Below, piece after piece: positions 9,139 through 18,921 of a stretch of 63,133 bases of DNA (position 1 is the stretch's first letter; the number at the start of each line of letters is the position of its first letter). A program made the translations under genes and the position numbers. The stretch comes from an uncultured bacterium (GTDB taxonomy: Bacteria; Bdellovibrionota_C; UBA2361; JANWWW01). The stretch spans positions 1 through 63,133 of the forward strand of contig CALHSA010000002.1 of the NCBI GenBank assembly GCA_938038205.1. The letters run 5' to 3'. The notes beneath the pieces are model-generated. The model made no database searches. It was given only the letters and a program-made list of their open reading frames with translations, and was not told the origin of the DNA.

Positions 9139-10557
9139 TTAAATAGTATCTGCTACGGTTTCAGTGTACTCATCACTATGAATTTTTCTTAAGTATATTA
9201 TTTGAGCAAAACCTATGAATTTTTCAAAATTATGAGACACAAAAATAACCTGATTACTCTTAGATAACTCAAGCAGCATCGATTTGAGAGCCTCAAAAGC
9301 ATTCCCCGATAAACCTGAGTCTATCTCATCAAAAATTAAAACCTTATCCTTAAAACCTTTCTGACATGCTACAGTTAAAGCTAACAAAAATCTGTTAAAC
9401 TCTCCACCTGATGCTACCTTTGCTAACGGTTTAGGTTTAATTCCTTTGTTGAAGGTCACATAAATCTGAATATTATCTTTACCATAAATATCAATAGGCT
9501 TGGGTATGATATCAAAATACACTATAAAAAATCCAAATCCAAGCTCAGGTAGAATTTTGTTCAACGTTTGAGTTAAATCGTTTGCAAACTTTAATCTTAG
9601 AGATGAGATGTGTTTAGCTTCCTCTACAATTGAATGCTCTGTTTGAGATAATTCTAACTTTAAATCATCTAGTTCGCTCCTTTTTCTTTTTATTTCATTC
9701 TCTAAATCAGCTTTTAAATTTGAGATATCACTTAAACTAATCTCCTGTCCAAGTATTTTGGTTAAATCTTGTAGCAAGAACCTTAAAGATGCCACATCTT
9801 CAGGATTAAGGTTGAACTCTTGCAATGACTTCCTGTTACGAAATAAGTAATTCTCTAATTCATCAGCTGATATTTTAGGAGCTTCGTTATCTAAAATATA
9901 CAACTTTCTCAAGTGAGTCTTCAGTTCAGCAAGAGAGCTTTCAATCTGATCTAGCAATTCTACTGGAATCATTTTTTTACTAAACTCCAATAATGAATCA
10001 AGAGAGGTGTAACCATGTTCAGACAGTAAGGATGCTAAAGCAAGCAAACTTTTATTTTTCTCCAGCATTTCTACAACCATTGCTTTTTTCTTTATGTCTG
10101 AGTCATACTCATTAGCTCTTTCAATTAATTCACGTTTTTTTTCAATAAGTGATTTAAGTTTGCACAAATCTATCGAACCAAATTCATCTAAAATCCTTCT
10201 TTGCTCTTCTGACTTTACGAGCTTTAGGCCTCCGAATTGTCTTTGATAAACAATGTTCTGATTATACTTATCAAGAATTTCGTTTTTAGTTAGTAATTTA
10301 ATTTTATTTGTTGTAACTTCATATCTTATTGACTGAATCCTGGAATCAAGTTGAAATTCAATATCAATCGCTCCTGGTTGATCAAAGGGTCCTAAAACGT
10401 CTTTTGGTGATTTTGTAAAAGAATTAGTTAAAAAATTAAGAAGTAAAGATTTTCCAGATCCACTCTCCCCGCAAATACATACTAAATTATGCTCTAGCGG
10501 TATTCTTACTGATCTAAAAATTAGAATATTCTGTAAAGAAATAGCACGAATTAGCAT
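9139..10557 (-). CDS. recN: DNA repair protein RecN (shortened coiled coil)
   Basis: Walker A GESGSGKS, PLAKVASGGE signature, IFDEIDSG, VSH; follows nadK as is usual. Confidence 0.88.
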   Translation of the reverse strand: MLIRAISLQNILIFRSVRIPLEHNLVCICGESGSGKSLLLNFLTNSFTKSPKDVLGPFDQPGAIDIEFQLDSRIQSIRYEVTTNKIKLLTKNEILDKYNQNIVYQRQFGGLKLVKSEEQRRILDEFGSIDLCKLKSLIEKKRELIERANEYDSDIKKKAMVVEMLEKNKSLLALASLLSEHGYTSLDSLLEFSKKMIPVELLDQIESSLAELKTHLRKLYILDNEAPKISADELENYLFRNRKSLQEFNLNPEDVASLRFLLQDLTKILGQEISLSDISNLKADLENEIKRKRSELDDLKLELSQTEHSIVEEAKHISSLRLKFANDLTQTLNKILPELGFGFFIVYFDIIPKPIDIYGKDNIQIYVTFNKGIKPKPLAKVASGGEFNRFLLALTVACQKGFKDKVLIFDEIDSGLSGNAFEALKSMLLELSKSNQVIFVSHNFEKFIGFAQIIYLRKIHSDEYTETVADTI

Positions 10558-11376
10558 CTATCGCCAATGTAGCTTCCTACTTAGGTTATTAAAGAAAAAG
10601 TTTCTGTCAAGCAAAATTACTGAGTACTTTTTTGAACTCAATTCAACTCTGACACTGTGTTCAGTTTTTAGTGGAATAACAATATGTCCATCAAGGAATA
10701 AGCTTACTCTTGGGCGATCCTCAGCTGGCTTAATCTCCACAAAAGTGCCTTCAGGCATAACAATAGGTTTGTGCCCTAAAGAGTGTGAATTAATATGCGT
10801 TATTACATATGCGTTTAGCTCAGGATAAATAATTGGACCACCTGCTGCGAGTGAGTATGCTGTACTTCCTGTAGCGGTAGAAACTATGATGCCATCCCCT
10901 CTCGAAAAACTGCTTCCTTCATCATTAATATTAATATAAAGCTGAACCATACCCTTGTTCTGAGATCGAAGTAAATATGCATCATTTACCGCAAAAAACT
11001 GTCTGATCTTTTTTCCACCCTGTAAACTCACACTTAATAGGTTTCTTCTTGATGTTATAAATTCCCCTTTTAAAATTTTTTTTATGTAAGATTTTAATGA
11101 AACAGGAGTAATTTCAGTTAAAAAACCAATCATTCCATCATTCACTCCCATAAACATACTGACTTTGTCATGAAAATTTCTAACTAAACTTACAAAAGTG
11201 CCATCTCCGCCTACCGAAATCCCAATGTCAAATTTTTCTTGGGAAGGTAATTTTGTTTTTTTAATATCCTGTAACTTAATAATAGTAACTTTTTGATTTA
11301 CTAGTAGTTTTTTTAATATATTAATTAGCTCCTCCGCTCGCTTTTTATTTGAGTTGTAGTAGATTAAAAAGTGCAT
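10558..11376 (-). CDS. nadK: NAD kinase
   Basis: GGDGT, GFLT, AVND, DGIIVSTATGSTAYSLAAGGP. Start moved to ATG 11376. Confidence 0.95.
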   Translation of the reverse strand: MHFLIYYNSNKKRAEELINILKKLLVNQKVTIIKLQDIKKTKLPSQEKFDIGISVGGDGTFVSLVRNFHDKVSMFMGVNDGMIGFLTEITPVSLKSYIKKILKGEFITSRRNLLSVSLQGGKKIRQFFAVNDAYLLRSQNKGMVQLYININDEGSSFSRGDGIIVSTATGSTAYSLAAGGPIIYPELNAYVITHINSHSLGHKPIVMPEGTFVEIKPAEDRPRVSLFLDGHIVIPLKTEHSVRVELSSKKYSVILLDRNFFFNNLSRKLHWR

Positions 11377-12095
11377 CGAACGTAACCGAAAAGACCAATT
11401 AAGGCTAGGATCAAAGAGAAAATTTGAGCATCTGTTAAACCTAAAGCAAAAACAGGATTTGGCCGAATGAATTCTATCAAAAATCTTGATAATCCCATCC
11501 AAACAAAAACTTTAGAACAAATTTTTCCTGAGCCCAGATTCTCGTTAGCATATCTAAAGATCATTCCAAAACCCAAAAAACTTAAAAGGCTCTCAAAAAC
11601 TGGTGTTGGATAAACAGGTGTATAAGTTGGTACTGTACCAGAGGGATAAATCATGCCCAGAAAACTGTCAGTAGCAACCCCATAATCTCCATCTCCGGAT
11701 AACTGGCATCCTAATCTACCTACCCCATATGCAAAAAGAACAGCTAAAGCTGCTGCGTCTAAAAGATGAGTAACAGGATATTTTTTTATATATATGAGGA
11801 AAAGAAAAGTTAATGATCCAGTTATAAAACCTCCATGAAAAACTAGGCCAGATATTCCCTCAAATACATTAAAATTACTAAAAGGGGATTCAGAATAAAA
11901 AATCTCGTACCAGATTTTGGAGCCTATTATGCCAACGATAACACTTAGAATGGAAATATTTTCAGCATCTTTAGCTTGTACTACATTTCTAAGTAAACTT
12001 TTAAAAATCTCAATTGAACCAAACAATGCAAGAGCTACACAAACTCCAAAAATTGGGATTCCAAAGTCTTTAAATTCCAGTATGTAAATAAACAT
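11364..12095 (-). CDS. lgt: Prolipoprotein diacylglyceryl transferase
   Basis: Multi-TM; GLVFHGG, GRLGC...GD.YG, YPTPVFE, RFLIEFIR. Confidence 0.92.
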   Translation of the reverse strand: MFIYILEFKDFGIPIFGVCVALALFGSIEIFKSLLRNVVQAKDAENISILSVIVGIIGSKIWYEIFYSESPFSNFNVFEGISGLVFHGGFITGSLTFLFLIYIKKYPVTHLLDAAALAVLFAYGVGRLGCQLSGDGDYGVATDSFLGMIYPSGTVPTYTPVYPTPVFESLLSFLGFGMIFRYANENLGSGKICSKVFVWMGLSRFLIEFIRPNPVFALGLTDAQIFSLILALIGLFGYVRCTF

Positions 12096-12098
12096 TTT

Positions 12099-12899
12099 CT
12101 AGGCTACAGAGTAATAAATATCATTAAGTGATAATCTAACGTCAGATACCTTAATAAGATTGGAGTGCCCTGCTTGATAATCCTCTAATTCACACAGCCT
12201 TAAAAAATATTCCGTAAATTCTTTCTCAATCTGCTTAGTCTCCCAAGCTCTACAGATAAATAATGCTGAATCGGCTTGGATTAAATACATTATTGCTCTC
12301 ATATTGTTGGAAATGTATATAACCGTTTCTATAAACTTATTTTTTAAAGCATCAAAAAGTAATATATCGTCTAAATCATCAAACCCCGGTTTATAGGTTA
12401 TCTCGATTTTCTTGAGGGCCGTTAAGTTTATGCCATTTTGTTGTATGAATAATGCTGCCTTTTGCAAGAAATTTTTCCAGGAAAAATACTCATTTAAATT
12501 AGCTGTAGTAAAATTTGCATTGAGTATTTCAAATAGGGATTCGTATATTAAGTCGAATTTTGATTTTGCAATAGATTCTTTAACCACTACAACAAATAAA
12601 ATTTCTCTTGCAGGATTGGGTTTTAAATTAATCACCCAAGTAACACCATCACCAGGTTGAAAGGGAAACAAGAACCCAGAGTTTGAACTAAAATAATGAG
12701 CACCTTCAGTCAAATTAAACAGAATACACTTAACAAGATATTGAGCATCTTTCCCCTCGATAACCCTAGAGCCATCTAAACTAAATTCCTCAATATAACT
12801 AAAGCTACCATCAGTATTTTTGTGAACCAGAAATACAAAATATGATACGGGTTTGATATCACTTAGTTTAAGTAATCGATCTAAAAGATCTAAATACAT
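12099..12899 (-). CDS. Hypothetical protein, 266 aa (possibly an eroded GAF/GGDEF-fold protein)
   Basis: ATG ORF 3 nt from lgt; no intact motif, so the fold guess is weak. Confidence 0.65.
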   Translation of the reverse strand: MYLDLLDRLLKLSDIKPVSYFVFLVHKNTDGSFSYIEEFSLDGSRVIEGKDAQYLVKCILFNLTEGAHYFSSNSGFLFPFQPGDGVTWVINLKPNPAREILFVVVVKESIAKSKFDLIYESLFEILNANFTTANLNEYFSWKNFLQKAALFIQQNGINLTALKKIEITYKPGFDDLDDILLFDALKNKFIETVIYISNNMRAIMYLIQADSALFICRAWETKQIEKEFTEYFLRLCELEDYQAGHSNLIKVSDVRLSLNDIYYSVA

Positions 12900-12901
12900 G
12901 T

Positions 12902-12930
12902 TTGTAACTGAATGTATTATAAGTTAGAAT
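12902..12930 (+). promoter_or_regulatory. Sigma70-type promoter of the HiPIP gene, 8 nt from ATG
   Basis: TTGTAA-17 nt-TAGAAT-8 nt-ATG(12939). Confidence 0.7.
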
Positions 12931-12938
12931 CAAAAAGT

Positions 12939-13280
12939 ATGAACAGAAGAAACTTTGTTTCATTATTAGGTTTTTCAGGTCTGGTATATTCCGGTTTAAA
13001 TCTTCGATCTGAACCTAAAGTTGCTCTTGATGAGAATGATCCAACGGCAAAGGCTCTAGGCTATCATGAGGATCATTTAAAGGTAGATAAAAGCAAGTGG
13101 CCAAAAAAAGCGGAAGATAAAGAGGGAAAACAAATTTGTAAAACCTGTATTCTTTGGGTTAAAGGTAACTTAAAAGCCGAAGGCAAAGATGGTGAGTGGG
13201 GAGTTTGCAGTATTTTTCCTAAGGGCTTGGTAGCTGCAAACGGTTGGTGTAACTCTTGGGCACCAAAACAACCTGCTTAA
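12939..13280 (+). CDS. Tat-exported high-potential iron-sulfur protein (HiPIP)
   Basis: MNRRNF Tat motif; DPTAKALGY, CKTC...C.IFP...V...GWC.SW four-Cys pattern. Confidence 0.92.
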   Translation: MNRRNFVSLLGFSGLVYSGLNLRSEPKVALDENDPTAKALGYHEDHLKVDKSKWPKKAEDKEGKQICKTCILWVKGNLKAEGKDGEWGVCSIFPKGLVAANGWCNSWAPKQPA

Positions 13281-14216
13281 TAAGACACCGGGCTTGTTTT
13301 AGACAAAAATAGCGTCTTTTAACAGATGAGCTTTGCTCTCAAATTCATTACAGTATTCCATAGATTTAATTAACTAACTCTGAATATGACATATTTAATA
13401 TCCTGGCTTTTCCTAAATAAACATTTTTAAATTTAAGGTATGATTAAAAAGTTATCGTCCTATGTAAAAAACTAGGTATAACTTTTTTATTTAAGTATGA
13501 TCTTGCCAAAATTAGGAGTAAAATATAGGCCTCGAGTATCAGCTTTATAAAAATTCAGAATCTCTAAGGAATAGATTTAATCGAGGAATAGATTATCTAG
13601 GATTACTGGTAAAGGGCTAACAACGAAAGCACAATTAAAAGCCAAATAAAGAACATAGTAAAAGCTTATTATTTTTTAATTTAATCCTTGGTTTAAACGA
13701 ACTTTAAGCAAAAACTCTTTAAACCAAAAGTCTAAATTTGATGGTTTTTTAAAACAAATTAAGTGAATACCAATAGAATCATGATATAAATATTGACCAA
13801 ACAAACTCATAAAAATTACTCACAGTTTTCTTTTATCCAAGGATCGGTTGTACAACTTTAAAAGTGAGTGAATTTAACATCATCTTAAATAATAGTTTTA
13901 CAAATCTCAAAAGTGAAATATAAATTTTAAAACTCCCTAAATGGATGTTAATAAAATTACGGCCTTATTTATAAAATCAAAAGTTTTGCACGGATGCAAA
14001 TATCTTTTTTTTATAACATTAGAGAATTCATTTTATAAAAGATACAGATATCATTTTAATTAAAAGTGTAAAAAAAGAATTATCTAGTAAAAATACAAAT
14101 GTTCAATTTACAGTGATAGGAGGACTCCTGATAAAAAAACCGTAACAAATTTTTAAGCTAGTTTTTAAAGAAAAAATCCGTGCACAACCAACCGTTTGAG
14201 CTTTAATTTTACAAAG

Positions 14217-14289
14217 CTCCCCGGGACGGATTCGAACCGCCGACCAAGTGGTTAACAGCCACCCGCTCTACCTGCTGAGCTACCGGGGA
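14217..14289 (-). tRNA. tRNA-Asn(GTT)
   Basis: Cloverleaf TCCCCGG...GTGG-CT-GTT-AA-CCAC...GGTTCGAATCC; CCA not encoded. Confidence 0.97.
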
Positions 14290-14310
14290 ATTTAAGTAGC
14301 CTTGGCTTCT

Positions 14311-14339
14311 ATTATATAAATATAAATAAATCACAGCAA
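14311..14339 (-). promoter_or_regulatory. Sigma70 promoter of tRNA-Asn
   Basis: Minus strand TTGCTG-17 nt-TATAAT. Confidence 0.75.
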
Positions 14340-14802
14340 CTTACAGATGTAATTGAGGAAGCACAGATTAAGAGTTTATAAAAAAAAGATAACTGAAATT
14401 TTTAGGAGAAATTTTGGTACAAGATCCTGAAATTAACAAGCCTAATGAGAGAAAAAATTATTTTAATGACGAATTATAATTATCCTTTAATTGCAATTTA
14501 GTGAAAATTAAACTCAGGATTGGTTAATTATTTAAACTATAATCTCTGCCTGAAGGCTAACCATAAATTACAAATAAAAATACAAATTAAATTTTGATCT
14601 GAAACTTACGTGTATTTCATGGTAATTCTAAATCTAAAGGAATATCTTTAAAAAGTATCGTTAAAATTTTTTAATGTCTTTTTATGAGAGTACAAAAAGC
14701 TTTTTAAGATAGGCGTATAGCTAAGAAGAAAACTAAAGCTTTGTTAACCATTTAACTAAAATTACTCAATAGTTTAGCAAATCTAAAAGCCAAAAATTAA
14801 AG

Positions 14803-17800
14803 TTAAGCAGACATGTAGTCCTCTAAATCTGAGGTAGGGACAACAGTTTCAATATAATCATCTTTTATAGATATCGATACGTCCCTATACTCCCTTAGAC
14901 CAGTACCTGCTGGTATAGGTCTTCCCAGGATAACATTCTCTTTAAGTCCTTCCAAATAATCTATTTTTCCATTACAAGCTGCATCTGTTAAAACTCTTGG
15001 AGTTTCTTGGAAGCTAGCAGCTGAGATGAATGAGGTATCGAAAGCCAATGCTGCTCGAGTGATACCCATCAATACCTGTTTATAAACTATTGGTTTTTTC
15101 TTCTGTGCTATTAATTTTTGATTTAAGTCCTCTACGGTAGTTAACAGAACAACATCACCAGCGATGAGATTAGAATCACCTGGATCCTCGATTCTAACTC
15201 TCCTTAACATCTGTCGAACGATTATTTCAAAGTGCTTATCATTTATAGAAACTCCTTGTAGTCTATAGACCTCCTTAATTTTTTCAACTAAATATGAGGC
15301 TACAGCTTTAAGTCCTAGAATATCCAAGATATCGTGAGGATTTGGAACACCATCTGTAAGTTGCTCACCTGCAACAACTCTATCGCCTTTTTGAACAATA
15401 ACTTGCTTTCCTTTCTGAACAAGATACTCTCGCTTAGTATTCTCATCCTTGGTAACAACAATAAATCTTCTACCTCTAGCATCTTCATACGTATCAACAA
15501 CTCCGTCAATATCACTAAGAATTGCTGTTTCCTTTGGTTTTCTAGCCTCAAACAATTCAACAACTCTTGGCAAACCTCCAGTAATATCCCCGGACTTCAT
15601 AACCTTCTTTGGTCTTTTAGCAAGCATATCTCCCGCATCTACTCTTGTACCATTCTCCGCAACTAAAATTGAGCCAAATGGTAAATTATAGATTCTAATT
15701 TCTCCCTGATCGCTCCTCACCATAATTCGAGGCCTTAAATCCTGAGCTTTTGATTTAGATGGAACTACTTCTTTCTCAACCAAACCGGTTCTCTCATCAG
15801 TTCTCTCTTGTATAGTTAATTCATTTAGATCGACCCACTCTACGACTCCCTCAAGTTCACATAAAATTGGATTTATAAATGGATCCCATTCAGCCAACAA
15901 GGTTCCCGGCTTGACTCTTTCACCCTCTGAAACTTTTAATATTGCTCCATATACTATCTGAAACTTTTCTCTATCAACACCATCTTTTGGATCATGAATA
16001 ATTAAGCTTCCCTTCCTGCTCATTACAACCATACTCCCATCTTTCTTCTTAACAAATCGAATCCCGTCAAATTTCACTATTCCAGCAAATTTACACACAT
16101 GACTTGATTGCTCAACTTTACCAACCGCAGCACCGCCAATATGAAATGTTCTCATTGTTAGCTGTGTACCAGGCTCGCCTATCGATTGAGCAGCTATTAC
16201 ACCTACAGCTTCACCAATATTAACAAGGTGTCCCCTTGCCAAATCCCTACCATAGCACATTGCACAGACACCTTTCCGACTCTCACAAACCAAAACCGAT
16301 CTAATTCTGACAGAATCGATTCCCGAATCAGATATTTTTTGCGCAATATCTTCCGTTATCTCCTGATTTTTTGATACTAATTTTTCGCCAGTTACTGGAT
16401 CAAAAATGTCCTCAGCTGATACCCTTCCAATAATACGATCGTAAAGAGGCTCTATCTCCTCCCCAGCATCAACTATTGCACTAACGGTAATGTAATCTGA
16501 TGTACCACAGTCATGTTCGGTTACCATCACATCATGCGAAACATCAACCAATCTTCTGGTTAAATATCCTGCGTTAGCAGTTTTTAGTGCTGTGTCAGCT
16601 AATCCTTTTCGAGCACCATGAGTTGATAAGAAATACTCTAAATTGTTTAGTCCTTCTCTAAAATTAGATAATATAGGCTGCTCAATGATACTACCATCAG
16701 GTTTTGCCATCAAGCCTCTCATTCCTGAAAGTTGTTTTAATTGTTGTACACTTCCTCTAGCACCAGAATCCGCCATTATGTAAACTGGATTAAATGAGGA
16801 CCCCATTACCCTCTCACCTGTTTTTTCATTTTGAAATTCCTGAGTAGATACCGCCTGCATTAATACCTCTGCAACTCTCTCACTGACATCAGACCATACA
16901 TCTAAAATTTTGCTGTATCTTTCTCCCGCAGTTATTAAACCCTCCTGATACTGAAGCTCAATGTTCTTAACTTTCTGAGATGCCTCATCTATTAGCTCTT
17001 GTTTATTTTCCGGAATTACAAGATCTTTAACCCCCATAGATATTGCTCCAATCGTGGAGAAATAGAATCCTAAATCCTTTAGCCTATCAGCTAAAATGAC
17101 ACATGCTTTGGCGCCAAAATTTAAAAAGCAATAGTCAAGAAGTTTTGCAAGATCTTTCTTCTTTAAAACTGAATTAAACTTAGAAAAGGGTAGAATTTTT
17201 GGTAAAAATGAGTACAAAACAGCCCTTCCAACCGTGGTGTTGTAAATTTTTCCATCAATGCTACAACTAATTGGAGCTTGAAGGTGTACTTCACCTAACT
17301 CCCATGCAAGTCGAACCTCATCTTCACTCGAAAATAATCTACCATGACCTTTAGCAAAAGGCCTTTCTCGAGTAACATAATATAAACCTAAAACAATATC
17401 CTGAGTTGGAGTGATTATACTTTTTCCATGAGCAGGAGATAGAATATTATTGGTGGACATTATAAGAGTTCTGTTTTCAACTATCGATTCAATTGAGATT
17501 GGAACGTGAACAGCCATTTGATCTCCATCAAAATCCGCATTGTAAGCGAAGCAGACGAGTGGGTGTAATCTGATAGCTTTACTTTCAGTTAACAAAGGTT
17601 CAAAAGCTTGAATACCAAGTCTATGTAATGTCGGAGCTCGATTTAACATAACTGGATGCTCTTTTATTACCTCATCCAAAATATCCCAAACTATTGGCTT
17701 TTCCTTTTCAACTAACCTCTTTGCACTTTTTATAGTTGTTACAAAACCTTTTTGTTCAAGTTTCTGATAAATAAAAGGTTTAAAAAGCTCAAGAGCCATC

Positions 17801-18912
17801 TGTTTCGGTATACCACACTGATGCATTCTTAATTCAGGACCAACAACGATAACCGAACGACCAGAGTAGTCTACTCTTTTTCCTAAAAGATTCTGTCTGA
17901 ATCTACCAGTTTTTCCTTTTAACATATCACTGAGGCTTTTAAGGGGTCTCTTGTTAGTGCCAGTAACCGGCTTAGCTCTCTTGGAGTTATCAAATAACGC
18001 ATCGACCGCTTCCTGCAACATTCTTTTTTCATTACGAAGTATTATCTCTGGAGCATTTAGCTCAATAAGCCTCTTTAATCTGTTGTTTCTATTAAGAATT
18101 CTTCTGTACAAATCATTTAAATCACTTGTAGCAAATCTACCCCCTTCAAGAGGAACTAAAGGACGAAGATCAGGAGGTAAAACTGGTATTCTTGTTAAAA
18201 TCATCCATTCTGGCTTATTACCACTCTCAAGTAACCCTGTTAAAATTTTTAGCCGCTTCGCTAATCTTTTCTTCTTTCCATCAGAAGTGGTTGAGTTGTA
18301 CTCTTTCTTTAGTCTTTTTACTAGAGCTTCAAAATCAATAAGCTTAAGCGCCTCTAATATCCCCTCGGCACCAGTAGCAACCTTAAATTGGTTACCATAT
18401 TCGTTCAAAGCATCCAAATACTCTTTTTCGCCTAAAATTTCACAGAAAGTTAAATCTGTCTTTCCTGGATCAATTACAATGTATGACTCATAATAAATTA
18501 CTTTCTCTAGATCTTTTACCGACATATCAAGAACAGCACCCAAACGACTCGGAAGCACTCGAAACATCCAAATATGTGCAACCGGTGCGGCTAATTCAAT
18601 GTGCCCTAACCTTTCTCTTCTAACTTTTGATTGTGTAACTTCTACACCACATTTTTCACAAACAACTCCTCTATGTCGAAGTCGCTTATATTTTCCACAC
18701 AAGCACTCGTAATCCTTAACTGGTCCAAATATTTTTGCGCAAAACAAACCGTCTTTCTCAGGTTTCAATGTTCTATAGTTTATAGTCTCAGGTTTTAAAA
18801 CCTCCCCATGAGACCACTCTAGTATTTTATCCGGGCTGGCAAGGCCAAGTTTTACAGCCGAAAAACTTGCAAAGCTTTTAGGCTTCTCAAATACACCAAA
18901 AAGTTCTTCCAT
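14803..18912 (-). CDS. rpoC: RNA polymerase beta' subunit
   Basis: KPETINYRT, zinc-finger Cys residues, NADFDGD, GEPGTQLTMRTFH. Confidence 0.99.
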   Translation of the reverse strand: MEELFGVFEKPKSFASFSAVKLGLASPDKILEWSHGEVLKPETINYRTLKPEKDGLFCAKIFGPVKDYECLCGKYKRLRHRGVVCEKCGVEVTQSKVRRERLGHIELAAPVAHIWMFRVLPSRLGAVLDMSVKDLEKVIYYESYIVIDPGKTDLTFCEILGEKEYLDALNEYGNQFKVATGAEGILEALKLIDFEALVKRLKKEYNSTTSDGKKKRLAKRLKILTGLLESGNKPEWMILTRIPVLPPDLRPLVPLEGGRFATSDLNDLYRRILNRNNRLKRLIELNAPEIILRNEKRMLQEAVDALFDNSKRAKPVTGTNKRPLKSLSDMLKGKTGRFRQNLLGKRVDYSGRSVIVVGPELRMHQCGIPKQMALELFKPFIYQKLEQKGFVTTIKSAKRLVEKEKPIVWDILDEVIKEHPVMLNRAPTLHRLGIQAFEPLLTESKAIRLHPLVCFAYNADFDGDQMAVHVPISIESIVENRTLIMSTNNILSPAHGKSIITPTQDIVLGLYYVTRERPFAKGHGRLFSSEDEVRLAWELGEVHLQAPISCSIDGKIYNTTVGRAVLYSFLPKILPFSKFNSVLKKKDLAKLLDYCFLNFGAKACVILADRLKDLGFYFSTIGAISMGVKDLVIPENKQELIDEASQKVKNIELQYQEGLITAGERYSKILDVWSDVSERVAEVLMQAVSTQEFQNEKTGERVMGSSFNPVYIMADSGARGSVQQLKQLSGMRGLMAKPDGSIIEQPILSNFREGLNNLEYFLSTHGARKGLADTALKTANAGYLTRRLVDVSHDVMVTEHDCGTSDYITVSAIVDAGEEIEPLYDRIIGRVSAEDIFDPVTGEKLVSKNQEITEDIAQKISDSGIDSVRIRSVLVCESRKGVCAMCYGRDLARGHLVNIGEAVGVIAAQSIGEPGTQLTMRTFHIGGAAVGKVEQSSHVCKFAGIVKFDGIRFVKKKDGSMVVMSRKGSLIIHDPKDGVDREKFQIVYGAILKVSEGERVKPGTLLAEWDPFINPILCELEGVVEWVDLNELTIQERTDERTGLVEKEVVPSKSKAQDLRPRIMVRSDQGEIRIYNLPFGSILVAENGTRVDAGDMLAKRPKKVMKSGDITGGLPRVVELFEARKPKETAILSDIDGVVDTYEDARGRRFIVVTKDENTKREYLVQKGKQVIVQKGDRVVAGEQLTDGVPNPHDILDILGLKAVASYLVEKIKEVYRLQGVSINDKHFEIIVRQMLRRVRIEDPGDSNLIAGDVVLLTTVEDLNQKLIAQKKKPIVYKQVLMGITRAALAFDTSFISAASFQETPRVLTDAACNGKIDYLEGLKENVILGRPIPAGTGLREYRDVSISIKDDYIETVVPTSDLEDYMSA

Positions 18913-18921
18913 AACTAAAAT

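Noticed and set aside
13800-13860. DnaA-box-like 9-mers (ttactcaca, ttatccaag) suggesting oriC
   Set aside because: Each has two mismatches to TTATCCACA, there is no cluster, and no dnaA/dnaN/gidA lies nearby.
14331-14479. Fragment reading FLGEILVQ, like an MshEN motif, as a pseudogene
   Set aside because: Only about 6 matching residues among stop-ridden frames; compatible with chance.
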